A stretch of DNA of 64,000 nt from Klebsormidium nitens (taxonomy: Eukaryota; Plantae; Klebsormidiophyceae). The stretch is taken from assembly GCA_000708835.1 (NCBI GenBank), contig DF237367.1, forward strand, positions 16,955 through 80,954, given 5' to 3'. The notes beneath the pieces are model-generated. The model made no database searches, was not told the DNA's origin, and worked only from the letters and a program-made list of their open reading frames with translations. How positions within the stretch are numbered: position 1 is the first letter of the stretch; the number at the start of each line of letters is the position of its first letter. Positions 49,354 to 62,074 of this stretch are shown one piece after another. A program made the position numbers and the translations under genes.

Positions 49354-52300
49354 ATGGAAAAAGATACCAAGAAGGAGAAAGCGGCAACACCAGAGCTGAG
49401 CTCCAGCTCTCTGAAGGAGGATGGGCACTTTTTTGACTTTGTGCCCTTTTACAAGTAAGTGAGAATCTACTAATTCAAAGCTATTCAATATTGGCTCAAA
49501 CAATCTGCTCTTGTATTCTAGTTTATGTCCATCACATTGTTGAGAACGTGCGACTCCTTCCATAGCCTCATGGCTGCTGTGGTTGGTTCTTGGTGTAAGC
49601 AATATGAAAGCAGATTTGACACAGGGCGGGAGGGCAGCGCCAAAATGTGTGAACGCGCAATCGAAGTGATATAAACTTGCGCACGGCTTGCTGTTACTCG
49701 TCAAACACAGACTGGGCAATAATTTCGATTTTGTTCCATATATCTTGCAGTGGTCAATGACGCAAGCAGGGACTGCCTCTCTCACAGTGAGCACCTTATG
49801 AGTCTGTTTGGACATGGAATAAGCAAAGTTACTGAATGGGTCAAGGGAGGTTGCTTGGATGTAATCTTTTTGGTCCTCACCCAAATTGACCACTTTTGAT
49901 TACAGGCAACCGCAGTTCTGTGACCGGACTATCCGGTTGGAAATTCTGGATGATAGCCCGTCAGGTAAACATTCTGAAAACCCCAATTCTTGCAATTTGT
50001 CTGGGCTGAGCATCTTTGAACCCTGGCAGCTTGAATGTGAACAACAGGGTCAATCGTAGACCTGTGTTGTAGCGCAGGGATCTCAAATGAAAGTGGTTCC
50101 ATGTTCTTGTTTGTGCGCGCAAGCAGGAGTTTAGGCTTTTGACTCTCTGTCAGAACTTGTCAGGATTCTATGAGTACTTAGGGCGCTGATTGTGTTGCAA
50201 AGCAAGTCGTGATCGACGTGCCGGGCAGTCCTTGTCTTTTCCAAAACAAAACAAACTTCCTTGTAAAAGTGTCTGGCCAATTTGCTGGCGCAACTTGTTA
50301 AGCATCCCAACACTGTCCTTTCTTACTATTGGGTTTTCTTTAGGACAGGAAACCGAGGAGGGGCTGAAGCCAGCAGACCTGCCCGGGAGAACACGGCAAA
50401 GGGAAATGACAAAGCTGAGGGCCTTGACGGAGGGGAAATCGACCCAGGCAATGCTGCAGATGAATCCACGGAAACCCACTGCTCTCAAGAGGAGCTGCCG
50501 GCAACGGAAGAAGGGAGGGTTTCAGGCAGAAAGCGGGCCAGAGAAGAAGGGGACGAGCCAGGCAGGGACACGAGATCGGAATTGGCGGGTGAGGATGCTG
50601 GTTCAGCTTCAGAGCGCCTGGACGAAAAGAGTAAGGGAGCCCAGGCTGCTGATGGGAGTGACAAAGGCCTCGTAAGCAACGTCGCGGGCAGAACAGGGGA
50701 AGCAGAGAAGTCCGGTGATGAAATTGACGCCGGCCTGCAAAGGGCAGAAAATCCCGAAGTGGCAGAAGAGCGGAGTAAGCAAGAAGCGGCGTCTTCCAGT
50801 GGTGCCGTAGACAAGGACGGACCAGAGAGCTCCAGGGGAGCGGAGGGGCCGGAGGAGATCCCCATTTCTTCGATTGTTGTCGCCGCGAAGAGCCGCGTAC
50901 TACGGGCGATGCTGTCGAGCGACATGAGGGAGGGCCAGAAGGATGCGGCGATTGTGGTTAAGGTCACCCGGCAAGGTGCGTGAAAAGCAGATTGGGACAG
51001 TTTCACTTCTCATATGAGGGGATTAAGCTTCTCGATTGACAGCTGTGTGTCTCTCCTCTGCCTTCGGTCTCGGTCTGATGTAATGGCTGCTCGATATAAG
51101 GTGGAAGCTTGATACGCTGATTTGAAAGTTTTCGAGTTCTGAGCCCTGTGCAGTCTGGTGCGACTTTTCTGAGAGCAGCTCTGAAGGGTTTGACCAGAGA
51201 ACGCTCGCCATGTTCCAGGGGTGGTACAAGTGCTTGGATGCCTGGATCTTGGATTTTTTTGCATGTTGAGGTTTCCCAAATTCTTGGTTGGGTCCTGCTT
51301 TCAGCTCAAACGAGATCCAAACGAGACTCCAGAAGATGCACCCATATGGTTACGAACAGCCTGCGTTCCACAGCCTGCGTTCCCAGTTTTCAATCTAGCA
51401 GGCCCCTCTTTGTAACAAGGACTTCTACTACATTCTCACCGTCAAAATCACCACTACAATTCTTCGCTTAGCGATTAATGCATGGTCGTCACCTGCGTAT
51501 CCTTGTCCCTTGCAGAAAAGTGAGCTTTCAAGGCGATGATTCACATATCTGCGCTCGATTCTTTTCAAACTTTGCAAAACGGCTTCCATTGAAATCTTCA
51601 ACTTTTTCTACAATGGGACCCTCTCAAAACATTGCTTTCCAGAAAACCGAGCATTTAAGGAGTTGTTCACTTCTTCTACGCTAGACTTTCTCAAAGCTCG
51701 CGTCTCATCGTTATTTAGATTATTGAATGTCGAGGATACGATCTACACAGAAACCTTCTCAAGCTCGTGTATCTTTGTTCTGCAGAGAAGCGAGCTTTCA
51801 AGGAGATGATCGACTTCTTCTACAACGGAACCCTCTCAAAGCGCCTCCTCGACGAGGACTCTTCGACGCCGGAGCTTATCGCAACGCTGCTTTTGGGCGA
51901 CAAGTTCGAAGCGCACTCGTTCATGGGGGCGGTCCTCGACGTTCTGCAAGATAAGGTGGAAGACGGGGAAGACGCAGATTTAGAAACGATCGCCCTTCAC
52001 ATCCCGGAATTGCTGCATCAAAGGACGGAGGTGCGGGAACTGGTAGAGAGTGCGGGGGAGGCGCTCGTCGCGAGCTTTCGGAACGTGAGCAACTGGCGGG
52101 TTTCGTTTCGCTTCTACGCGCTGGGCGAGAGCGCGATCGAGTTTCTGTTGCGGTCGGAGGAACTAGAGGGGGGGGACGAAGTGGACGTCCTTGACGGCGC
52201 GCAAATCTGGGTCCAGCAACAGTTTGACGCGCCGGAAGAGAGGGCGGAAGCGTTCCGGCGGCTGGCTCCGTTCGTCCGGTTTGGGTGCATCAAGGGGGAG

Positions 52301-52867
52301 GTGTTAGAACGGCTGTTCGACAGCCCCGAGATGCAGTCGCCCGAAGTGCAAAAGCTACTCCAGAAAGCGTTGGTGTATCAAGCCTACTCGGACCCGAAGA
52401 AGCTGACGTCCATCTCAGAGTTCTCTCGGGTGAGGGAGGGGTTCAGAAAAGACACCATCGAACTTTTTTTCAACTTCGTCCTAGGTGAACGGGGCTTCAA
52501 GGTATTGTCCCCGTGGACAGAATGGAATGGCAGGAAATGGAGCCTGGCGATCGAAAAGGTCCAAACTCGGGTCCCTCCAACGCTGGGCATCAACCTGGTT
52601 CGCGGACCAAAATCAGGTTCCCAATCAAACGAGGCCGATATCATCCAGACTCAGTTCTTTGCGAAAAGTTGGCCGAGCGGGTACTGGTCGTTGCTCAAAA
52701 GTGGGGTCTGGACATATGCCAAGGAGGAAACAGAGGGAAAGGGGAGCTGCAACATATTCAAGAAGTCGTGGCAGGAGCTGAAGGCGTCCGAGTTTGTAGG
52801 GTGCACTAACGAAATCATCTTTCGAGTCGTGGCGAAACGGCTAATCGAAGACTCGGACTCGGAGTAA
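49354..52867 (+). CDS. POB1/LRB-like BTB-BACK-MATH-like protein, paralog 5 (long acidic BTB insertion; closest to paralog 3)
   Basis: Exons 49354-49454, 49906-49964, 50349-50975 and 51786-52867, phases 2/1/1. Motifs KEDGHFFDF..FYK, FCDRTIRLEIL, GRKRAREE, EEIPISSIVVAAKSRVLRAML, EKRAFKEMIDFFY, GDKFEA, VRFGCI. Confidence 0.88.
51498..51702 (+). repeat. Three decayed partial copies of the exon-4 acceptor and 5' end inside intron 3 of paralog 5
   Basis: 51498 TATCCTTGTCCCTTGCAGAAAAGTGAGCTTTCAAGGCGATGAT matches the real acceptor TATCTTTGTTCTGCAGAGAAGCGAGCTTTCAAGGAGATGAT. Also ACTTTTTCTACAATGGGACCCTCTCAAAAC (~51601) and CAGAAAACCGAGCATTTAAGGAGTTG..CTTCTTCTAC..CTCAAAGC (~51640). Confidence 0.85.
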
Positions 52868-53984
52868 GCTTCACAGGGTTTGGTCTCAGTCTGTACAGAT
52901 TCATACTCATTACCTAAGTCCAAGATGCCCCAGCTGTCTGGTTGCTCAAAACAGACTTCAGGTTACTTATGTTCATCATTGCATGCGCAGTTCCGCGCCC
53001 GCTCGAACATCCGACAAGCCGGTTAGTATTCTGGCTCGTACGTTATACAATCACTGCTGGGAAATTATCTGCACACTCACCCTGAGACACGATGTCACTC
53101 GAGAGATGCAATTCTTAATGGGCCTCTGAACCGTGAGCATACGAAACTCAATTGCACCATGTGCTGAACAGTGCCCGGGGCCAGTGGGGTCATGTGAAGC
53201 GCTAGCTGGCACGCGTACTGCAAAATTCGTACAGTCTCGTTGTTGCACAATCCCAGCTGCGGGAATTTGAAAGTAACATGCCAGCTAGTTGGTCCGGGTA
53301 TATGCTTGAGCAGTGGCCGCGGCCGACCCAACGGAAACCCATTGGAACTAATTGAGTGACGCCTCTTCCTAGCGATATAAAGATTGGCCTTGCACGGAGG
53401 CGCGGCTAGACAGCTTGCGGCCGCCCGCGAGCACAGTCAGTACATATATTGCGGCGCCCGTCCAGAAAGACAAATTTACTTGAAACGGCGCGTAAACATG
53501 ATCCGGTGCAACTCCAACATGCCGGTCATGCGCTCGCGCTCAGGAACATGATCGTCATCATTGCGATCCTTACATGATCACTGATCTTCAATTAACTTTG
53601 CCGAGCAGTGCCTCCATGAAAGCTGCTGGTGGCAAGCATGCCACGCAACGATGAAGGTGGCATCAATGATCCGCACTATGTGTGAATCTTTCTGAGCATC
53701 CGTATACTTATGGTACAGTATACTTGGCTTAAAGGAATGTTGCTCAAACTAAGCTACTATTTAAGCCTGGGCTGTTTAGAGCGTGGTGGTTACGCAATTG
53801 ACTCTGAAGGGGACACCATTCCCGCTGTCACTATGTTTGACGGTCTTATACACTGCAAGCCACAAGCCTTCTTTCGAACAAACACAAGGCGACTCTGTAC
53901 ATGCACAGTTCCAATTCTTTTGGCCAAAATCACGAGTGTTTCGTGCCGGATAGTAGCAAAGCATATCCACTAAAACTAGGTATT

Positions 53985-56900
53985 TTACAATTTCTTGTTG
54001 CGCTGAGCGCGGTACTTGCTCTCGGCAATCTTCTGCAGCTCCGCAATGCGGTCGACCTCCTCTTCTGACTTCCGCCTAAGACCCTCCTTCTCTTCGGCAA
54101 TCTCCCGTCGAGCACTCTCCCGCTCGCTCTCCAGGCCCCTCAGCAATTCCAGCAACCTCAATTCCAATTCGAGCTCTTCTTTCTCTTTGCGGGAGACGTT
54201 ACGTTCCCTCCTGATGACGTCAGCAGCAGCCACGTGGCCTTCCCAGACCGCGAGATCCGTCCCGACGCACGCGTCGGCTGTCGAACCGCCACATGGCAGG
54301 CCCCCCTCAGAAGTTTCCCTACTCACCGTTCCCTTGGTTACCACGCGCCCTCCCAGCGCTTGGCCCCCGTCCTCGATGACGTCAGCCGCGGCCGCCACGT
54401 CAGCACCGGTGCCACGTGAAAGCCTCACCGCATCCCCGAGTCCAGGCTTCCCTGCTCCGGCGAGCACCACTTGACCCAGTCCTCCCTCCAGGGCGACCAC
54501 TACACGGCTAGCACCACAGCGGAGGTCGCTCAAAAGAGAGAACTTTTTATCGAGCTCCCCTCTGAGCCCTTCCTCAATCTGCTCCATTATACCGTATACC
54601 GACCCCGCTTCCTTCTTGGCACGTGCTTCTTCCTCCAGCAAAGTTCTCGCCTCCCTAGCGACCTGTGCTCTGCGCGGCAGGGCGTCGTTCCATCTCTTCT
54701 CTAGTTGCTCGTTCTGCTGTACGGCTTCGTCCCGCTCCGCTTCCACTTCCTCTGTTAACTGTAGGGCGGTTTTCACCTCTCGCTCTAGTTCCGCTGCCCG
54801 CTCTAGGGCGGCGTTCCGTTCCTGCTCTAGTTGCGTCGCCTTGCTCTGACTGTTTGCTAAGTCCTCCGTTTCCTCCTCGACCAGCGCCCTGAGTGACGTC
54901 ACCTCTGCCCTTGCTGACGCAACCTCCGCTCTTGCTAACGCTAGCTCCAGTTCCAGCGTCGGCATCGCCTCGCGCGCTTCGGCCATTTCCCTCACCACCT
55001 CTCGTTGTTGCGCCTCCGCCTCTGCCACTCGTTCTGCTTCTTTTTCCAGCGCCTCCTTGAGTGACGTCACCTCCGCCCTTGCTGACCCCGACTCCGCTCT
55101 CGCTGACGTCAGCTCCGTCTCCAGCTTCCGCATCGCCTCACAGACGTCGGCCGTCGCTCTAGCCGCCTCTATTTGCTGCGCTGCCGAGTCCCCTGCCGCT
55201 CGTTCCGTCGCCCTTCTCAGCGCCTCGCTGACTGACCTCACCTCCTCTCTTGCTGACGCGGCATCCGCCCTCGCTGACGTCAGCTCCGTCTCCAGCTTCC
55301 GCATCGCTTCACACGCTTCGGCCGTCGCTCTGGTCGCCTCTAGTCGCTGCGCCTCCGAGTCCGCTGCCGCTCGTTCCGTCGCTCTTCTCAGCGCCTCCCT
55401 GACTGACATCAACTCCTCTCTTGCTGACGCGGCATCCGCCCTCGCTGACGTCAGCTCGGCCTCCAGCTTTCCCCTCGCTTCTGCCGTTTGCCTCACCGCC
55501 TCTAGTTGCGTCTCCAGTTCCGCTGCTCGTTCCCTTTGCTTTCTAAGCGCCTCTTCCAGACAGCCCACTTGCTTTTCTTTCTCCTCCACTTGGCCCCTTA
55601 AATCTCTGACACTGCTTTCTAACTCCGCTTTTTCCGCTGCAGTCCTCTTCCCGAAATCGGCCAGCACGCTCTTTCCCCGTTCGACTTCCTGCATCGAAAC
55701 TTTTAACTCCATTCTCAAAGTTTCCTCCCGTCTCTTCCACTCCGCTTCTCTTTCTTTGTATCCCGTAACCTCTTTCGTCTTGCCCTCCAGTTCCCGACTG
55801 AGCGCACCAATCCTTAGCTCCATTGCTTCGCGCACTTTCCTCGCCTTTTGTATCCCTTGCTGCAGCAAAGTCGACGCCTCCAGAATTATCTCCCTTTGTA
55901 GTTCGCCGCCTGCCGGCACCGGTTCCGATCTGCCCCTCTGATCTTCTCCTTTCTCACCGGAAACTAACTCACTTCCGGGCAGCCCAGACGACCTGTTCGG
56001 GATCTCCGACTGCGGACTTCGGGATCCGGACAGGTCTGCTGGCGTTTTGGACAGTCCGAACCTGCCAGCGTTTTCGGACCTTACTAATTCGGACAGCCCA
56101 ACGGACGGTTTGGCTGCCCCAGTCTCTGGCTGCTTGTCGGCGCAGCTTGGCGCGAGCCTCTCCGAAAGAGACGCTGGCGGAACGGGGTGTCCGATGTGTT
56201 CCGGGGGTCTTTCGGACGGGGATTCGGACAGGGGCGCAGAGCGTCCCGGTTCCGGGCGGTCGCTGAGCTCGGCGGCCGGTGCTTTGACGGACCTGGGAAA
56301 AAGAGCGGAATGTTAATAACTACGAGTTCGTTTCAAGATGCTTACGAAAATGCTTACGAAAGATGGGTGGAAACTTTTGAAGCCGTCGTGTTTGATTGTG
56401 AGCACTGTAAGCGAGTATCCTGGGGTCTCAGCGAGCAGGCAACGGCTTTCGAGGCCCAAGAGTGCTTGAAACACTGTCGATAACGTTCGATGTACAGGAG
56501 GAGGCGCCCGCTTGCATTTCTGATCACCAGAAGAAAACGGCCCGCAATTCCATTTCAGCAAAACGCAGCTTTCGCACCAAACAGGCTTGTGACTTGGCTG
56601 TGGCTCGGCTATCGAGATGGTGTGAAAAGAGTAAAAGAAGAATCAAAGCACTCGCTCAAGGCAACTCGTTCAGTAGTCATTGGCGAGACTTTTCTGTTGA
56701 CATCGAAAGGAGATGTGAGGAAGGGTCAGCGTTTCCTGTTGTCTTTCCAAGTAAGGCTGATTAGCATTTTGAACAAGCACGCAGCGAGAGCCAGCCTGTC
56801 CCGAGTGCTATCCACGTAGGGGTGCAGTACTTACGAATCAAAGAAGTGTCGAGCACGCCAGACCAGCAAGACTCTCAGAAAACACGTGCAAACAAGAATC

Positions 56901-59900
56901 TCAGCACGGCCGGTTCTTGGCGCACGGGCAGCCTCACTTAAAGTACAGACCAAGACCGACCCCGGTTGGACTCTCGAGAAAACCCCCGGCCAACAGTTCA
57001 AGTCTACTTTGGCGGGCAGTTTAGAAACCCCCTGGATCACCGTTTGACACGAGGGGACCGGCAAACCCCTGCTGGTTCTAACAGCAAGGAAGCGAGGACA
57101 ACTTACAACTGCAACACACAATCACGGATAAGTCCCGGGGCTCAAATCTCAGTCCAAACTTCAATATCCAAGGTTCACAGTTCAAAGTTCAAAGATCAGA
57201 CTCACCTGAGAGCTTCTTCAGACGGGCTCCCGTCCTCCGCCATCACCCCGTCCGTACCTGGACCACCTTCTCCAACATCCAGCGGCGCCTCGCCTCCCAG
57301 GTCGCCCACCTCTGGGAGCCAGTCCCCGACGCCCGCACTCTCCACCCCATTTGAATCTGCTGCCACGTGTTCCTCTTCTGTGGCGTCGCCTTCGGTCTCT
57401 TCCCCTTCCCCGCCGCTTCTGGGATCTGTCTGTTCCACCCCGGGAAGAATTGCCTGGGGCGCTTCCGTAGTTTCGGTCGCTCCCGCATAAGCAACCGTCC
57501 TTTTTTCTTCCGGTTCTAGTTCTTGATCTCCGAACGGCAGCGCTGTGTCCGTCAGCGGACTTTCCGGAGCATCGGTTTGCGAACCCCCTGCCAGCGGTAC
57601 GGAAGGGCCGGCAGACGTGTGGTCACTTTCTCCCCCCAAAGCCTCGCTCACCGACCCATCTCCCCCCTGACTTCCCTTTCCTTCCGGTTGACTGCCCGGT
57701 ACGCCTTCCCCGGGCTTACCCGTGTGTCCCGTCGTCTCACCATCCATCCCCGGTTGCTGCCATCCAGCCTCGACACCCCTGGCTGCCCCTTCAAACAGGA
57801 TCGAACGACTTTTTGCTGCAGTACCTGGCTCCGTGGCCAGCCCCTTGCTGTCGCCCGGGTGATCCCCCCGGGCAGTATTTCCATCCTCAACCAGCCCGTC
57901 TAGCCCACCCGCGACCCGTCCCCCAATCTCCTCACTTCCAGCCGACGCCTGGGCTCGTACGCCACTCCGTCCCTGCCTCGAAGGCTCTTCTGCCAGACCC
58001 GTTTCCGCCACGTCTCCTTTTGCCACGTACCAGTCCTCCACGTGTCCGTTTTCTGCAGCGCTCGGCGACGGCCCCCACGAACCCCGGCGCTCCTCAGACG
58101 GTTCGGGCGTCCGCAGCGGCGTTGGTTGCGTCCGTTCGGACGGCTCCGGGGTCTTGGCCGGCGACCAGAGTCCGGCCGCAGCAGCCAAGTTGGTCGCCGT
58201 TGTGTCCTGAACGGTGCCGTCTTCAGCTAGCGACTCCGCAGTATCAAGCCCCGCCTGCGAACCTTCACCTTCTCGATGCTGATTCTGGCGCAGTTCCCCC
58301 TTCGGCTGCTCAATCTGGGTTGAGCGTTCACAAGTCTTCGGAGACCCAACCGCACTCCCCGGCAAAGAGAACGGAATGGTGGGCTCGTTGGCGGAAGCGC
58401 AGAGCGTTCGAGTTGGAGACGGCGTCGCTTCGTCGTCAGACCCGTCGAGAACAACTAAGTTTTTCGGCCACGCTGTTGACTTCTTGGGGGCTGGAGTCTG
58501 GGGAGCAAGCGGGGCTTTTGCGCCTGCACAGGAGCCGAGGTTCAAAGTATTTTGCAAGTGCCAAGAGACCAGATAGTTCAGAGATATGGTGCAAAGTCGG
58601 ATGATGTGTCTCTGAGCCTCGTCTCAACCAGGATCCGGAGGGCCAGGTACAATCGGGATTGCATATTGAACGGATCAGGTGTTAGTGCTGGAAATGGAAA
58701 GGAGTCCTTGACCCGGCGGTTTACCTCAAAAACCAACACAAAGAGTCAGGTCTAGACACATACTCTGGACTGTCGTTACGTAAAAAATATTAAAGAGGGC
58801 CGCAATCAATGGCTGTAAAGGAAGGAAAGCAAACCGCCGTTGTTGTCTGTTAAATGTAGCCGTAAGCTCCGCAAAAGCTGCAGCTTTTTGTACAGTTTTT
58901 GACGCGAGTTTGAACGAACGACCGTGTCCGGAATAAGGTGGCAGCCGTCGGCGTAGATCAACTGGTTCTCTTTAAGCTGCGAACAAAAAGCGAAGCCCAA
59001 AAACATTGTACTCTGCAAACCTAATCATACGTGCTGCGTGACAGGGGTCATCGCGTTAACATGCGATTGGCGAAGTACCTGTCACATTGAAGTGTTGGCA
59101 TGCGATGCATGTGGAAGTTTTCTTGAACTCTTTCATCAATTGGTGTTTCCATGTCAGGTAGGGTATTGTTGAGCGAGACAGCCGCCATTGGTCATCGTAA
59201 CCAGCACGTCTTGCCAGATATGCAACAGCCTCTGCCCGTGCAAAGGGCCTTGCGAGTTGGAAGGACAGGAAAAATAACAAGAACATGGGGACGTGGAAGG
59301 CAAACAGTTCACTGCCCACCTGCTCGTGTCTTCCTCTCCGAACGCCTCCGCTCCTCGCCCGCTCCGCCCGCCCTTGTTCCGTTCCTTCTATTGACTTGAG
59401 CGTCCGCCAACGTCCCTGTGCCACCGCTGCTTTTCTCGTCCCACGCAGGAACGCCGCTTAACGGGCCCCGCTCTTTCGGCACGCACTCCTTTCGGCGCTG
59501 CCGCTTTCCGGGGGACGCTTTAGCGGGCTCTCCGCTTCTCGGGACTTCCAACGACATCGCCCATTTCACAGAGGCGCCGCATCCCCCCCCCTCCAGCGCT
59601 CGGTCAATCACCCGCCTGGCAGATTGTTTTTCCGCCTTAGAACCTCCAGGCACACCGACCGGAACGTCCCCGCCACCAGCCACGCACGTTTGCGGAGGGT
59701 TCTCATTTCGCGGGAGGTTGAGGCTCCCTAACTCGCGCTCCCCCGGAAAAAGCTGCTGTCCGCACTCTGCGTTCCCAGCGGTTTCGCCCAGCAGTATGGA
59801 CGCCTCAAGCGCCGATTCGGACGCGCCCGGATCAGTACCGGACGCCTCGAGCGCGTGTTCCAGAACGTCAGGCGAAGGCCCGGACCCATCGGAAGCAGGT

Positions 59901-62074
59901 CCGGGCGAAGTGGGCACAGGTTCGGTTGCAGTAGGCCCAGGTTCGGAAGAACCAGGAGCGGGTTCGGACGCACTGGGTGCCGCTTCGGACGCATCAATTG
60001 CTGGGACTGATGCACCGGGCGCCAATTCGGACGCACCAGGCGCTTGGATGAACGTATCAGGGGAGGGAGCAGACCCCACTGGTGCAGCTTCGGAGGCATC
60101 ACGAGTGGGTGCGGACGCCCCAGGTGCTGCTGCCGGCGCTGTGGACGCGGGTTCGGATGCACCAGGGGCAGGTTCGGTGGACGCGTCAGGAAAGGGTTCG
60201 GACTTGGTAGGAGCGGGTTCGGACGCCAGCCCTTCGTTCAGGTTAACAGCTGGCGCAGGCCTGGGTTTCTTGCGAGCCGGCCAGCAGAACGCGTCTACGT
60301 CAAAAAGTGGCTTTCGCTTTCTCTTGCCCCGCCCCCAAAGGCCTCCCTGTCCGCTCGCCACCTCGGGACGGGTACCCTGCACCGAAAACGCGTTCACACT
60401 CCCGCCACCCTTTCCATTTTTGCTCGGGGTTAAGGGGGCCCCACTTCCTCCCGTGAAAACTCCACCCTGCTCCACGGACACATTTTCACCAGTGCCCCGC
60501 TCACCGATTCCACCTGAGGTGAACACGCCCCCGCTCACCGGCCCCACTTCCGTCGTTGCTGTCTTGTTCAGGTTCTCCTCAGACCGCTGCGAGCTCTTCT
60601 GGGGGCCCTCCGTTTCTTTAAGGCGGCTCTTCGTCCTCTTGAAGAGACCTTTCTTCTTCGCCCCCGGCTTCCGAAACCGGTCAAAAATTGGGCAGGCCGA
60701 ATCACCCCCCGAGGCACCACCACTGTCCGCTTCCCCCATTCCCCCAGCTTCGGTTGACGGTGTCGCGCCGCCACCACTTCTGCCCATGTTGGCTACTCCC
60801 TTGGCGCTCTTGCTGACGTCATCTTGCTGCACCGCCTCCCTGCCTTGGTCTCCGCCATCAGCATCTCGCATCCCCGTGACCCCACTTCCGCCCCCTTGGA
60901 ACATGGGTGCAGCGCTGACGTCAGCACCCCCCTCCGCCGCAGCTGGTGTGACGTCACCAGGCAGGAACGTTTTGCTTTGAAGAACTGGGACGGGGCCAAC
61001 ACCATCTTTGTCGAATCCCGAAGTGGGCACCCATCTGTCCGGCTCTAAACGGAAGGAGGCTTCCTCTACAGTGGGAGGCTCGTTTGGATCCTCCGCATCT
61101 GCCTCCGTTGGGTCCGGCCGTCTAGTCCTTCTCCTAATGTCCAAGATGGCGGTCAGTCTCTTCAGCTTCTCTGCTGGTGCGCTCCCCCTTTGGGAACCCC
61201 GAGTTAATACTCCCACCCCTGATGCCGCTAGCTCACTTGGAAGTACTCCAGTGCCTCTCCTTCCTCCGTCTCCAAGTGTTCCTCCAGTTGGCACTTCAAC
61301 CTCGGGGGTGACGTTCATTTTCCTCCGCTTTTCTGTGCTCTTTTTCTCGCCCACCTCTCGGGCCCCTCCCGTCTTCTCCACCCCGCCAGACACCCCTGCG
61401 CCCCTCGTTTCGTGGGCGCCCACTTCCAGTGTTTCTCTCCTCCGCCCCCGCTTGCTTCTCACCTTCGTGGTCGCCGCGACGTCTTTCCTCCCTTCCTTTT
61501 CCATGCCCCCTTCTTCTGCAGCTTCCCCTCTGCCCCTCTTCCTTTGTCCCCTTTGGCTGTTCTCACAAGAAGGACCTGCACCAGACCCCAACTCTCCGCC
61601 CGCGCTTGCTGACGTCATCTCTCCCCTCTGACCTGACGCCCCGCGAGCCAAAGCAGCCCGCCTTTCCTTGGCAATGAACACCACGTGACGGGTTACCGCT
61701 TTCGCCGATATCCACTGCGCGCTCGGGAAGATAACCGCCTCCAAACCCTCTCCTAAACCCCACTTTCGGCCGACCCCTCTTACGAGGTCCGCCGCGCTTC
61801 GGAGGTCGTTTACCACCGACTTGTCCTCGAACTCTACGTCAAAGTTGATGTCGTAGTCTTTTGGCTGGCCCCCCCTCTCGAACACATCTCGTTGCACCCT
61901 CACAGGTCTGACCGACAGTTTCGAGAGGGTTATGCTCCTAACCGGGGGTTGGTTTTGACGGGAGTTCAGGAGATCAATCAGCGAGGGAAACGTGGCTTCC
62001 CATTTGTGACGGATGCAGGCGGCGTCTTGCTCGGCGAATGGGCGGAAAGCGCCAGCACTTCTCTTACTGGGCAT
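53985..62074 (-). CDS. ~2,126-aa low-complexity protein with EPAPGAS-type repeats and C-terminal coiled coil with 57-aa repeats
   Basis: Exons 62074-59320, 58523-57206 and 56292-53985 (phases 1, 2; total 6,381 nt, divisible by 3). Donors GCAG|GTGGGC and CTCAG|GTGAGT; acceptors TGTGCAG| and TTCCCAG|. No recognised catalytic domain. Confidence 0.7.
54870..55470 (-). repeat. Coding tandem repeat, 171-bp (57-aa) period, about 3.5 copies
   Basis: CGCTGACGTCAGCTC recurs at 55101, 55272 and 55443, with a diverged unit near 54933. Protein unit KLE(T/A)ELTSARADAASAREE..ALRRATERAA. Confidence 0.85.
59810..60235 (-). repeat. Coding minisatellite, ~21-bp (7-aa) EPAPGAS-like units
   Basis: Recurrent GGTTCGGACGCACC-like units. 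Protein SEPAPTK/TEPAPGA/SEPASTA/SELAPGA/SEAAPSA/SEPAPGS. Confidence 0.75.

Noticed and set aside
56337-56365. 12-bp duplication ATGCTTACGAAA x2
   Set aside because: Trivial intronic slippage repeat.
33284-60980. Long antisense or alternate-frame ORFs (e.g. 33284-34342, 34628-35449, 43580-44467, 55057-55941, 57813-58604, 59418-60980)
   Set aside because: Ser/Pro-rich shadows of GC-rich Glu/Gly/Lys-rich exons on the opposite strand; no independent domain or splice support.
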